DNA from: the human T2T-CHM13v2.0 reference genome, Homo sapiens
Length of the DNA: 64,000 nt
NCBI RefSeq assembly: GCF_009914755.1
Contig: NC_060926.1
Direction: 5' to 3' (one strand)
Part shown: positions 37,726-51,369 of the stretch, in pieces
Layout of the letters: each line of letters opens with the position of its first letter
How positions within the stretch are numbered: position 1 is the stretch's first letter
Made by a program: the position numbers and the translations under genes
The notes under the pieces: model-generated
Databases searched by the model: none
Told to the model about the DNA's origin: nothing
The model's input: only the letters and a program-made list of their open reading frames with translations

Positions 37726-40700
37726 TCTTTTTCATGTTGGAGCAGTTATTAAGTGCTAGATATCTACTTTACAGTTTTGTGAGATTAAATAATTTAATTC
37801 ATAATAAGCACTTATAAATGTCTTTGTTAGACAACTATCATACTATTTTTTATTAGTCACAATTTCTCAACTCCTTAGTATATGCGAAGTTCTATGGGAA
37901 AGTATTCAGTATCAAAAACAAGAATTAGAATTAATTGTGTTTTGTTGATATGCAAAACATATGATAAACACTTCATAAATTTTACCTTCTCTTTTCACAA
38001 CCCTGATAGGCACCTTTGAGATGCCTAGTTGGAAGTAAGTGGTAGTGATTTGATTCAAACCTAGGTTCTCAAGAATTCAAAGATTTTTTTTAACATATCA
38101 GGTGGCTATGGGTGAAATGGTTGGCACTGAACATCACTATTTTTTACCTTTTCTTCCTCAAATAACTCAGCTACTGGAGTTCTATTAGTCTGGACATCTT
38201 ACTGCAGGAGATTTGGCTGGTCTTTTATAGGGCTTCACCATATTTCCAAGATTCAATGACTATAATCTTGCTGTTTTCTCTCTACAAAGTAAATTAAGTG
38301 GGCAGTTTTAGTTTCCAAAAAAATTACTGCTGTGAATTACCTATCTATCTTGATTAAATACCCTAAGTATGCATGCTTAGTAAAGTATGCAAATAATTAT
38401 TTTGGCCCATGATTCTTTGTTTATGTAACACCAGAATAGTTCTCTAAGTAATTAGCTAATGTATATTTGTTCATCCAAAGAAATTAATTGAGCAGTCACA
38501 ATGCTGAGTGAGTTACACATTGTTGATTATGGAGAGAAACTGATAAAAGAGAAAAAGAATGATGCATCAACATTTTAATTTTGTAGAGTTCAATGAGTGG
38601 AGCTTTCTTTTTATTTTAAAATGCAAAAAAAGCACAGAAAAAATATCAAGCATGCACACAAACACAAATAAGGTTGAATATCTCATCTTGTTTTTTCTAA
38701 TTACCAACACATTTGAAGAACCCCTTATTCCATAACTAGTCCCAATAGATAGGTATTGTTTCCTTTTATTATTTCAAAATTTTAAATGTTTTTATATATT
38801 ACTTATATACCATCCTAAACCTTGTTTAACTTTATGTTTTTGAGAACTACCTTGATTGATATCCAGCCTTTGTTAATCTGTTGACGAGTATCTAAACCCC
38901 CAATTACTAAAACTTCTACTCTGGTTCCTTGAGATTGTATAGATTCAGCATCTTTCTCCTTTCTCCAACTTGGGCCCAGTCTCTGTACTATGGATTTTAT
39001 TTATTTGTTTGTTTACTTTTTCAGCTATAAATTTAAATTTAAACATAGCACATTTATTGTTTCTATATACTTAGAACGGTTTGCATGTGGGAGGAGGAAT
39101 TTTATCTATAATAATTCCCCCTTACTGCTTGGAATTGGGCATCATTTAAAAATATTTACTGTAGCACTATTGGGGGATACTGAATAAATGCATGGTCTCT
39201 GAACACAAGAGGTAAAATTGGTAGCTACGAAGATAAGAATTATCTACATATATTTTCCTTTCCAAATAAATCCATTTCATGATTCTTAGAAATCAATATA
39301 GTATTAGTAGGAGAAAATATAGGGGAAATCAGAGGCATTCTTAGGAAAAAGTATTGACTCAAACTCTGGAAGTGAAAGAAATTTGTTTTTCTTATATATG
39401 TATATATTATACACCAAAATGGAACCTTAGCTTACTTTGTAATTTTCATATAGCAGAAAATATTAAGCTCAACATAGCATATTAAAAAAATGTAAAAAGC
39501 ATAAAACCTCAACTAATGTGCTTAATGTTAGACTCAATGACAAATATTTTTATAAAAATGTTTAAATTGTAAAATGGGTTATATATTTACATCTTTTAGA
39601 AAATGCTGGCTATATAAGGTAAGACAATATTAATTTTATACCTCAAGACACATTCTCTTCATAATATGATAGATTCGTAATTTAGAAATTGATTCGTAAA
39701 ATAGAAGACACAGCTTTTATTTTGCACTTGGAATAATTTGCCATCTTGGAGTCCATATTTTTAGCTTGGGCAATATATAAATATACTAAGTTTGATATAT
39801 TATACATGCATATTTAAATTATGAAGCTGAAGTATGCATTCACCATAAAATATCCATTAACAAGAATAAGAGGAAAGTATGTAATTCATTCTGCTTCACA
39901 CTGAGCAATCTTTATCTTCATAATATTGACACTTTTTTATTTGTAATGCATAAAACACTTTTATCCTGAATTTTATTTGTTATTACACAGTTTTCATGTA
40001 TATAATTTTGGTTTTTATATTTATTTTATTTTTTGATAAAAATTCACAGAAATAAAATTACTGGCTGAAATTTTATTATTTTATATGTGGAAGAACTTGA
40101 ATGACTGAAATACTTTTCTGAAAATCCTTTAGCAACTTATACTTTGACCAGCACTATAAAAGAAACAAATTTTGTTGCAGACTACATAAGTAAAATTTTA
40201 TTTCATATTTCTTTGATTACTAGTAAGGTTGAACACTCTCACTATTTCTCTCCTATACTATTTCCTTTCTTAGAAACACAATGAGCTTCTAATTCATGTG
40301 ATTATATAGGAAAACTCTTTTCTCACAGCTAGTTTATATTCCTCAAGATGATCTTTACCTGTGAATTTGGTAATTTTGCTGTGTAACGAATTGTATGGTT
40401 ATAAAATTTAGATGTCAATCAAATGTACTAATTAAGAATGATATTCTCATATTTTGAAAAGAGTTCTCATGGGTCAACTAAGAATTTGCTTTAGCAGTTA
40501 TTAATAATAAATATTCCCCTACAACACTGAAGATATCAAAATATTACACAATTTGTATATGGTATATATATATACACAACTGAAATAAAAGCTAACTTCA
40601 TAGCTAGTTGTTCTTTATTGTAGGCTTTTAATACCTATTTCTTTATCTTGATATCGTTAGTTTGTTCTATAGTCTCATATTATTATTATTGCTTTAAGCT

Positions 40701-41611
40701 AATGACCAGACAACTATAATTTTGATAATGGAAAATAAAAGGCAAAAATAAAAGAAAAGCACGGGCCTGTACATTAGTTCAAATTGTATTACTTCACCAT
40801 TCTGCAAATCGTATGACAATCTATCTTCTCTAAGAAATTGCTACTAGGTGTTTACTAATTATTAGCATAAAAGTCACTATAATTTTTCAGGTTATAATTA
40901 GTTATGGTGACTGATTCAGTTCAAGGACTCAGCCATCAGCTGTCTTAGATTATAAACGCAAGATATTATTTGCTCTCTTCCAGTCAAGGCAATTCATTAG
41001 TTATGCTGTTTGACAGCAGCTGTACCCTTTGAGATGTGATTTATTCAGATTCCCTCAATATTACTGCGGAAGCATGGGGAGATAAGTGATTTGATGAGGC
41101 TGTGTATTTACTGTCAAATGCCATTATGTTTTGAATGTGCATTAACATTGATAGGGAGTTTGTGTTTTAAAAGCAAAGGATTAAGTCAAATGAAGAAAAT
41201 TCCAGAAAATCCAAGTGTACACAATCATGTCGTCTATAAGCATACATTTTTAAAGGATATTATGAAAATTATCAATTCCACTTTGCTAATTTGTTCATTT
41301 ATTGTGAATAGTAGATACATTGTTTAAAATATAAACATAGAAGACACAGTCGTTACAAATATAAGTTGTCAAATCTTTATCCACTGAAAGTAACTGTAAT
41401 TGTCCTATTTATATTGTAATGATTTAATTTATATTTATTTTATAAAAGAATATATAAAAAAGAAATTTGACTTGGAATAAACTATGTATACAGTAACTTG
41501 AATTTAAAATATTCTCTTGAAGTTTGAATGAACAAATCACATGCTTACAGTGTTTTTCCAACATTTATCTATAAAGTAACTGAAGAAAAATATTACCAGA
41601 ATATATATCCT

Positions 41612-41866
41612 ACTAATATATGTGTATATATATGTGTGTGTGTATATAGATATAGATATAGATATAGATATTCCAGTGGCTAGAGGCTTGAAACAAATGT
41701 ATTGCAGTGATTTTCCAAATGTTTTGTCATTGTACTCTTTTTCATCAATTTAGATTTTTAATAATATATATAGTTTATACATAATATATACGTATACTTC
41801 TAAATATATGTATATGTATATATATACACGCATACATATACATATATACATATACATATACATATA
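41612..41866. repeat. Two low-complexity TA/TG/(TAGATA)/(CATATA) tracts (41612-41671, 41760-41866)
   Basis: Read directly from the sequence. Confidence 0.85.
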
Positions 41867-41994
41867 AAGCTTACTTTGTTTAAGAGTGCTTCTGAGGTCC
41901 TCTTCTGCTTTTCTTCTTTCAACCCCTCCCACCTGTGAGGTCCCTCTGAGCCTCTAATGCCTAAATATCTATGTGACTACGTTTTTTCAAAAAA

Positions 41995-42130
41995 AAAAAT
42001 TAAACACAATTTTATCGTCGTAAGAACACTTTACATAAGCTCTATCTTTTTCATAAACTTTAAGTGTACATTATTGCTGATTATGAGTACAATATTGTAC
42101 AGCAGATCTTTTTTTAAACCATTGATCTAG
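41995..42130 (-). mobile_element. L1MA9/L1MB-like 3'UTR fragment
   Basis: GTAAGAACACTTTACATAAG..TTTAAGTGTACA..ATTGTACAGCAGATCT, similar to 23478-23575. Confidence 0.65.
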
Positions 42131-42939
42131 CCTAGTGCTTATGTAACAGAAATGGAAATTTAGTGTTGGCTATTGCAGTCACATAGAACATGAAGCAGCC
42201 AGTGCTCAAATCTGAGCCTTTGGAGTCTATGCTCAAGGCTCATGACATTTTTACAGGCTCCTTCAAAAAGAAAAGAAATGTTCCAATGACCATATATTCA
42301 GTGTCCTATTAAGGTGTGCAAACTGAGGATTCAGCCATGGCTATAACTAAAAAATATTGCAGTTCTATGTAGAATAGTTATGAAAGTATATTTCCCTTAT
42401 ATTTATTAAGTTTATTTACAAATGATTTTCCTAGCATAATTCAGATTTTTTTTCTTTTCACAAGATAGACCACTGTCAGTTTCAAAAGATCTGGAGAAAT
42501 GAGCCAAATGACAAAAGGTGAGGGGCAGAGGAAGCAGGAAGAAGCAAAGAGAGATAAAGAGAATTGCTTAGGCTAGGACTTAGAGTTTGGCAATACCAAC
42601 AGCAACCACCACAAGACCGAAATCTAAAGTAAACTTCTACAAACATTAGTTATAGGCCTTTCTACATTCAAAGTGCTGAACTAAGAAATTTGAATGCAAT
42701 ATGGTCTTAAATGTGTACTTTCTGGAGGAGGAAACATACATAAATATTTACAATACAGTAATATGAGAACCTAAAATTTGGTAAGAGATATAGAAAACGG
42801 CAATTAATTCACCCGGAGGTTGGAAAGTAGGGCTATTTTTGAACTAGGCCTTGAAGAAGGAATAAACATTCCATAAAGAGAATAAGGATCATTCTCAATT
42901 AAATATTAAATATTTATCTTTCTAGAAGTCATAATTATA

Positions 42940-43240
42940 ATAAAAGCTAACATGTAAATATTTAGTATGTGCCAAGCACATGTATAATATAACTTACAAT
43001 TTTAATCATTTGCGAAGGACTGTTTTTTTATTGACTAACTCATACAAATTTTATTAACTCACTTAACCTCTCAACAACTCATGAGTTTGGAGTGGTTATT
43101 ACACCATTTTATAGACAAGGAAACTGACACAGAGTTGCTAAGTAATTTCCCCACTACACCCATGACTAAGCAAATGGTAGAGCCAGTGAACACGTCCAAT
43201 CAAAGTTACTTCAGAGCTAACATTTTTAACAGTATTTTAC
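42940..43240 (-). mobile_element. MIR
   Basis: TATGTGCCAAGCAC; CCATTTTATAGACAAGGAAACTGACACAGAG..AAGTAATTT..AAATGGTAGAGCCAG. Confidence 0.8.
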
Positions 43241-43899
43241 TCCGCCTCCTTTAGGGTCATACATAAAACTATGACTGTTAGTGAATATATATCATCTACA
43301 CCTATCAATAGTAAGCAAAGAAAAATTTAAAACAGAGGTTTCTTAAGCCATCAACATGCTGTTATTCACAATTAGAAACTCAAGAATGTCAAATAAACTT
43401 TATGAAAAAAGTGGAACAAAATATTTTATAATCAAATTGCTTTCAAATCCAAACACAGTATTTTGCAAGTTCACTCACTTAAGAAGTAGAGGGTTTTTAG
43501 CAGTTGCTTATGTAAGATTAGTAAATCATTGTAAGAAGAAGAGTAGAAAATGCAGCTTGGTTATTATGCACAATTTTCTTTGATTGTATAGTTGAGGGAA
43601 AAACTTCCAAGTGAGTGATACATATATCATGTAAATATATGTATATTTTAAAACATAAACTTGAAAATTTGGAGTAACAACATTGAAAATAACACAAAAG
43701 TATTTTAGTGACGTGACAAAATATTTCCCATCTGTGGATTAAATCTAAGAATTCTGGTAATCCTATTTTAAATTGATAATTTTAATTATCTCATGATAGT
43801 TCTACATTCTAGAAGAGGAAAGGATCTTACAATAAACTGAGACCAATGCTTTTTCCTCATAATTTGTTTGAGAAAGCATAGATACCATTCTTTGATTAG

Positions 43900-45005
43900 T
43901 ACAAAATCCATGAGTCTTTGTTGGGTATGGGCATAGAAGGTCGTTTCTCCCAAATTGTACCTAGTATCCTTCACTTCATTCATGGCGTATTTTAACAAAC
44001 AAAAGGTCTTGATTTCAGCTGAATTACATGTATTTTAGTTTTCTCTTTGATTTATGCTCTTTGTGTCTTATTTAAAATATTTTTTCTAACCAAGATCACA
44101 AAGATATTTTCCTAATGTATATCATAAGTACTATATGATTTTATATTTCTATTTAGATTTATGACCCATCTGGAATAAATTTTTGTATATATAGTGAATT
44201 AATTGGAACAATACTAATACATTTTTCCAAATGGATATCCAACTGATATAGCACATTTTATTTTTATAGATATTATTTAAATAATTCATGGTACTGCATA
44301 GGGATCTTTTTATAAATCAGATGACTGCATATGAGTGGTCTTCTATGGGACAATCTATTTTGTTCCTCAAATCTATTTACTTACTATTGTGATGATACTA
44401 CACTTTAAAAATTTGTATAAACTTAAATTTTAATTCCTCCAAACTTGTTCTGCTTAAAGTTTATAATTTTCTGTGCTGAAATGTTGCTTAATGTTATAAA
44501 TCAATTTATTGGTATTATGTATTATTTTTAATGTTACTGTAAGCAATGTAAAATATTTACTATATTTATTGCTAATATATATATGTTTAATTAAATTTAT
44601 TTAATAATGACATTGAACTCAACAAAACTTCTGGGTTGTTAATTCTAACAGTGTATCTTTTAATTTCAGACATCTTCAACATATATAATCTTGTCATTTG
44701 CAAATAATGATAATCACATTTCTTATTTTTTTTCCTGCTTGATTGCACTCTAAAGATCTTACAAAAAATGTTTAAAATAATGAATGATTATGGCAATCTT
44801 TTCTTGTTCTGGCACTCAGAGAACAAATCTTTATTATTTCACAATGAATCATAATATTGTGGTATTATTTTAAGATACCCTTATCACACTAAGGAATTAT
44901 TATTCTATTCCTAGATTGCTCAGATTATTATTTTGTTTCATTTGATCATAAATATGTATTGATTGTATCAAATTCTCTTTATGCATTTATAGCAATGATT
45001 ATATA
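43900..45005 (-). mobile_element. Ancient L1 (L1M5/L1ME) ORF2; resumes at 50204-50700 after a nested insertion
   Basis: TATGACCCATCTGGAATAAATTTTTGTATAT; ATGGATATCCAACT; AATAATCTTGTCATTTG-type text near 44690; continuation TTTTCCTTTCTTGTAATGTCCTT at about 50404. Confidence 0.7.
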
Positions 45006-45849
45006 TATTATTTTAAATTTAAAAAATTTTAAATGTTGTGGGTACATAGTAGATGCATATATTTATAGGGGAACATGAGATGTTTTGATATAAGTATGTA
45101 ATGTGTGGTAACTACATCATGGAGAATGGGGTATCTATCCCCTCAAGCATTTATCCTTTGTGTTACAAACAATCCAATTACACTTTTGTAGTTATTTTAA
45201 AATGCACAATTAAGTTATTATTAACTATAGTCATCCTGTTGTGCTATCACATAGTTGGCCTTATTCATTCTTTCTTACTTTTTTTGTGTGTGTATCCTCA
45301 TTAACTATCCCCACCTTCCTCCATCTCCTACCCTCAATACTTTTCTTAGCCTCTAGTAACCATCCTTTTACTCTCTATGTCCATGTGTTCAATTTTGTTG
45401 ATTTTTAGAGCCCACAAATGTGTGAGAATATGCAATATTTGCCTTTCTGTGCCTGGCTTATTTCACTAACATAATTATTTCCAGTTCCATTCATGTTGCT
45501 GCAAATGACAGGATCTCATCCTTTTTTATGACTGAATAGTAATCCATTATGTGTATGTACCACATTTGCTTTATCCATTTATCTGTTGATGGATGCCTAG
45601 GTAGCTTCTAAACCTTAGCTATTGTGAATAGTACTGCAATAAGCATGGGAGTGCAGATATGTCTTCAACACTGGTTTCTTTTCTTTGGGCTACATACCCA
45701 GCAGTGGGATTGTTGGATCATATGATAGCTCTATTTCTAGTTTTTGAGGAAACTCCAAATTGTTTTCCACAGTGTTTGTATGAATTTACGTTTCCACCAA
45801 CAGTGTATGAGGATTCCATTTACTCCACAACCTCACCAGCATTTGCCAT

Positions 45850-46818
45850 TGATGGCAGCAGCAGCCCATCTGGAGTGGCTGCTGTGTAGACACCAGCTGC
45901 AATGAAAGAGGTGTGACTGGGGCTGTGGGCTCCATGGAGCCAGCAGGAACTGGGAACAGGTAGGGGGTGCTGGGTTCCCTTCTGAGTTGGTGGGGCAGGA
46001 GCCCCACCCTCCTGGGCACAGCTTCAGCTGCCCAGTTGCAGCTCTGGACCCAGGCATTGCTGTGGTCTTGGGGTCCAGGGAAACCCTCCTCCCACCGCAG
46101 ACTCAGAAGTGCCTGCTCCCACTTCCTGGCCTCTCCCTGATCCTGGCACCCACTCCAATTTCAGAGCAAAGTTGTGGCTGAGCCCAGGTGCTGACACAAC
46201 CTGGCCGGGTATGCATGTGCTTGGGGCAGTGCTGATATGCCAGCCCCTCGCCACCTCAGCCTGCTGTTGACTTTGGGCACGGATGAGCATGTAAGGGAGG
46301 CCAAAACGGGCCTGAGAGCAGCTCAGTGTGGGCCTGCAGGCAACCCTCAGCACAAACAGCCTGGGTGCTGTGGATGACATGTTGATGGTGGCAGGCAGTA
46401 GACAGGCTCCTGGGCAGAAAGGGACAGGTCCCCAGTGAAGCCCCTTCTTCAAGCCAGGTACAGTCTGAAGCATGGAGGCCAGGCTGTCAGTTCTTTTGGA
46501 GTCCACTGCCAGGAGTGAGAACTTATGGTGCTTTTTCTGGGCCCACCCATGGCCACCCATGGTTCAATCAGCATGGACTTCCTCCCTTCTAAAGCTCATA
46601 AAAACCCTGGACTCACACAGGCTCAGGCAGACATTGCGATGAACTGCCTGGAGATAGGAGCTACCCACTCTGGGTCCCCTCTCCACTGAGGGCTCCACAT
46701 CCTGCCAGGCTGCATGGGCAAAATAAGCCCAGCGGGCATGAGCAATACTCAGGCAGAAGGTGCCACTGGTCACAGAGGATTCAGGCTGGCAAAGTGACAC
46801 CTCTAAGATCCCATGATA
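45850..46818 (+). mobile_element. MER52-family LTR, internally deleted, inserted in L1
   Basis: TGATGGCAGCAGCAGCCCATCTGGAG...AAGATCCCATGATA; colinear with 5334-6924; splits host L1 text CAGCATTTG|TTATTGCCTGTC. Confidence 0.88.
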
Positions 46819-48376
46819 TTATTGCCTGTCTTTTGCATATAAACCATTTTAACTGGGGTGAAAGATATCTCATTGTAGTTTTGTTTCACATTTCTCTGAC
46901 GATCAATGATATTGAGCACCTTATTATATGCCTCTTTGCTATTTGTATCCCTTCTTCTGAGAGTTGTCTATTCAAATATTTTGCCCACTTTTTGATTGGA
47001 TTATTAGATTTTTCCTATAGAGTTGTTTGAGCTCTTTATATATTCTGGTTATGAATCCCTTGTCAGATGGGTAATTTGCAAATATTTTCTCCCATTCTGT
47101 GGCTTGTCTTTTCATTTTGTTGATTGCTTCCTTTGCTATGCAGAAACTTTTGAACTTGATGTAATCTGATTTGTTCATTTTTGCTTTGGTTGCCTGTGCT
47201 TGTATGGTATTGCTCAAGAAATTTTTGCCCAGACCAGTATCCTGGAGATTTTCCCCGGTGTTTTCTTATAGTACGTTCACAGTTTGAACCTTAGATTTAA
47301 GTCTTTAATCTATTTGAATTTTATTTTTGTATATGGCAAGAGATAAAGGGCTAGTTTCATTCTTCTTTAAATGGATATCCGGTTTTCCCAGAACCATTAA
47401 TTGAAGAAACTGTCTTTTCCTCAGTGTATATTCTTTACACCTTTGTCAAAAATGAGTTCACTGGAGGTGTGCGGATTTGTTTCTGGGTTCTCTCTATTCA
47501 GTTACATTGTTCTACGTGTCTATTTTCATGCCAGTACCATCCTTGCTTCTCAGTTATTTTCCATTTGAATAAGCTTTCTACTCCTATCTCTTTCTTCACC
47601 TCCACATTAAGGCCAATATCTCTTCAATTTGCCCTATTGGGCTATTTTTTTGACCTCATAGGCCTGCTGCATTTTTAAAATTATTTTTTTCTTTTGTCTC
47701 CTCTGACTGTATATTTTCAAATAACCTAACCAAAGAATAAGCTTACTCATTCTTACTTCTGCATGATTAGTTCTGCTGTTAAAAGACTCTGATCCATTCT
47801 TCAGTATGCCAATTGCAATTTTCAGTTCCAGAATTTCTTTCAATTCTTTTAAAATAAATTTTAAATTTCAATTATTCTTTATTTTTTAAATTATGTAATT
47901 TCTTCATTAAATTCATCTGATATAATTCAGAATTCCTTCTCTTTGTTATACTGAATTTCTTCAACACAGCTAGTTTGAATTCTCTGTCTGAAAGGTCACA
48001 TATCTTTGTCTCTCCGTGATTGGTCACAGGTGCCTTATTTGGTTTGTTTGGTAAGGTCATGTTTCTCTGGATGGTCTTGTAGCTATCGGTTGTTCATCTG
48101 TCTCTGGGCATTGAAGAGTTAGGTATTTATTGTAGTCTTCACAGTCTGGGCTTGTTTGTACCCATCCTTCTTGGGAAATCTTTCCAGATATTCAAAAGGA
48201 CTTGGGTGTTGTGATCTAAGCTGTATCTGTTTTAGGGTTCACCCCAATCTCAGTAATGCTATGGTTCTTGCAGACTTGTAGAGATACTGCCTTGATTGTT
48301 TTGGACAAGATCTAGGAGACTTGTCTGGATTACCAGGAAGAAACTTTTCTTCTCTTCCCTTACTTTCTCCCAAACA

Positions 48377-48383
48377 GTCTCTC

Positions 48384-48415
<32 letters not shown>

Positions 48416-48417
48416 TT

Positions 48418-48443
<26 letters not shown>
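48377..48443. repeat. (TC)n(TG)n compound microsatellite inside L1
   Basis: Read directly from the sequence. Confidence 0.95.
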
Positions 48444-48452
<9 letters not shown>

Positions 48453-50753
48453 CTACCTAAAGCTGAGGTTGGAGTGACACAAGCACCCCTGTGATCACAA
48501 CCACTATGACTGTGCTGGGTCAGACCTGAGGCTAACATAGCACTGGGTCTTGCCCAAGGCTTACTATAAACACTACCTTGCTACTACTGTCTATGTTTGC
48601 TCAAGGCCCTGGGGCTCTACGATCATCAGATGGCAAAGCCAGCCAGGCCTTGTTCCTCCCTTCAGGGTGGTGAGTTACCCTAGTCCCTGCATGAGTTGAG
48701 TCATCCAGAAGTCAGGGACTAGAGTCAAAAATCTTAGAAGTCTACTCCGTGTTCTATTGTATGTGGCTGAGCTGACGGTGAAACCACAAGACACAGTCCT
48801 TCCCACTCTTCCCTCCACTTTTCAAAAGCAGAGGAGCCTCATCCTGCATCCTCTGCCACCACAGGCTGTGAGGAGCACAGCCAGACTACTGCTGATGTTG
48901 CCTTAAGGCCCAGAGGTGTTTATGTCAGCTTGTGATGATGCTGTCTGGCCTGGGAGTCACCCTTTAGGGCAGTGGGCTCCCCTCTGACCCACAGCATGTC
49001 CATAAATTCTGTCCAAGAGTCAAGTCCTGGAATTGGGGATTTTAAGAGCCTACTTGTTGCTCTTCCCCTCTATGGCTGTACTGGTACCTAAGGTGCAAGA
49101 CAAAGTCTCCTTTACTTATCTCTCTGCTTTTCTCAAGCAAAAAGAGTTTTGCCCCATAGTCACCACAGCTGTTAATGCACAGAGTCTCACCTGAAACCAG
49201 TAAGCCTCAGAGTCTCATCCAAGGCCCTCAATGTATTACCTAGGTATCATTGCTGGTTATTCGGGGCCCAAGACCTCTTCAATTAACAGGTGATGAATGC
49301 CTCCAGGACTAGTTCCTTCCCTTCAAGACAGCATGTTCCCTTCTCACCCAGGGTATGTCTAGAAATGTCATCCAGGAGCTAGGGCCTAGGAGGGGGCCTC
49401 ATTACTCTGACCAGTGCCTTGTCTTGCTGTGGATTAGCTGGTATACAAGATGCAAAACAAAGTTCTCCCCACTCTTCCCTCTCTCTCCTCAAATGGAAGG
49501 AAGGGGTATTTTGAGTGTGATCTGTGTAGACTGAAGTTAGAGGAGGAGTGATTCCAGCACTGCCTTAGCTGCCCCAGCTGGTGTCTCAGTAGGTTGTGTA
49601 CCTTCTCTCCACCCCCAAGTCCACCGTCTCTCAGCCTGGTTCAGCACTAAGACACATCAAGAGTTGCAGTCCTTATGGCCAAGACTGCCTTTAAAGTTAA
49701 CTTAGAGACCCAGAGCACTGTAGCCCCCAGTAGTGAGGTTTGTAGGAACTCAAGTTTCAACTGCTAAGATTGGCAGTGATTCCCATCTGGCTAGGGCTAA
49801 TTTTAAGTGTTCCTCTGTGGGCAGGCATCAGCTGAGTTTGGTCCAGTTTCCTTTTTGCTCTAACATGACAGCACTTAATTTAGTGCTTCACAATCTCTGT
49901 GTTCTTTCTGCTTCACTGCCCAGAGGAATTCTCCACACCATGCCCCTGCTGCCAGGAGGGTAGAGAAGGATAGCATCTGTGAATCCAGACTGTTATTCAT
50001 TTATTTATTTATTTTACTACTTCAGTACCTCTTACAATTATATGGAATTTCCACAAGGTACAATGAGGGCTCACCTGATTTTTGGTTCTTATAAAAGTGT
50101 TTTGTGTGTGTGTCTGTGTAGATAGTTGTTAACTTGGTGTCCTTGGGTGGGGTGGGATGGGAGTTGGTGGAGCTTTCTCTTTCACCATCTTGCTCTGCCT
50201 CTCGATTATATAGCTTTAAACATTATTTTAATGTCTAGAATTTGGTTGATTTTTGTATTGTTAAGGAAATGTTTCACTGGTGAAATGAACTCCATTTTGT
50301 AATTATGTAGAATACTTTAAAAATCTTTCTCTGTTAATTTTTTTTTTTTGTATTTTGCTTGAGATTTATTTCTTTTCCATTTGTAAGATAGAGTGGCTTA
50401 GAATTTTCCTTTCTTGTAATGTCCTTTTCGAGTTTGCTATTTAGTGAATTCTGGCCATATATGATAAGTTTGAAAGTGTTCCTCTATTTATTTGTTTTCT
50501 GATAATTTGTGTAAGATCTGTGTTTCATTTTCACAGAGATTAATCAATAAAGACTGGTGAGTCTGGTGTTTATGGGTAGATTTCAAATACTGATTCTCTT
50601 TCTTTAATGGCTACCGCATTACCCATTACTAGTACTTTTATTTTGTGTTAATCATACTCAATTTGCTGTATTTCCTTTTGTCTTTCTTTCTCTTTATGCC
50701 TGTCTAGGTATTTTCTACCAACTAATAATAGTAATCAGTTATAATACTTACTA

Positions 50754-50779
50754 TAATAATTAGTAATTACTAATTATTA
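50754..50779. repeat. 26-bp perfect palindrome
   Basis: TAATAATTAGTAA|TTACTAATTATTA. Confidence 0.93.
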
Positions 50780-51369
50780 AGTATATTTTATAGTTTTGGA
50801 GTTTCTATTTGATTCTTCTGTATACTTTCTAGTTCGCTTGTGAAATGCTCCTTTTTATTTCTTTTCCTGAACACATTTATTCAGGTCACTTTAAAGTCAT
50901 TGTAAACCACCTTCAGCAATTGGAGCACTGTTGATTGATTTCCATTTTTCCCTTGGTTCTGAATTTTGTATGATTATTGACTGGTGTACATTATGTGTGA
51001 AAATATGAAGGCTTTGAATGAGTTTATAATTCCTTTCTGCCCAACAGTTCAGAACAGAGATCAATCCCTGGCTTTAATCAGAGATTGAGTGGGTTCTAGG
51101 GAATTTCCAGGTTTGTAAAAGTTATTCTATATCTGGTTTTCCATATTTCTATATCCTGAGCTGCATTCTTAGGAAACAGCTCATTTTCAGAGTGAAAAAA
51201 AAAAAAAAAAACTGAGAAAGTCCAGCTCACCTTACTTTGGTTTTCTGCTGTCTGTGATCTTGGCTTCCTAAGCTATGGCTGCCTTTCTGGCTCTCTGATG
51301 CTTTTAAATAGACCTTTTGCTCACTCATTTACTTACTACACAGCTTTTATATCCCATCAAAATCAAAAC

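Larger units (their letters stand above)
45006..50203 (-). mobile_element. L1MA2-like (L1M1 5' end) element with both termini, a large internal deletion and a nested MER52
   Basis: 3' end TGTGGGTACATAGTAG..CCCCTCAAGCATTTATCCTTTGTGTTACAAACAATCC; 5' end TTCACCATCTTGCTCTGCCTCTC; 9-bp TSD GATTATATA (44997-45005 / 50204-50212); late ORF2 joins ORF1 at about 47540. Confidence 0.85.
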
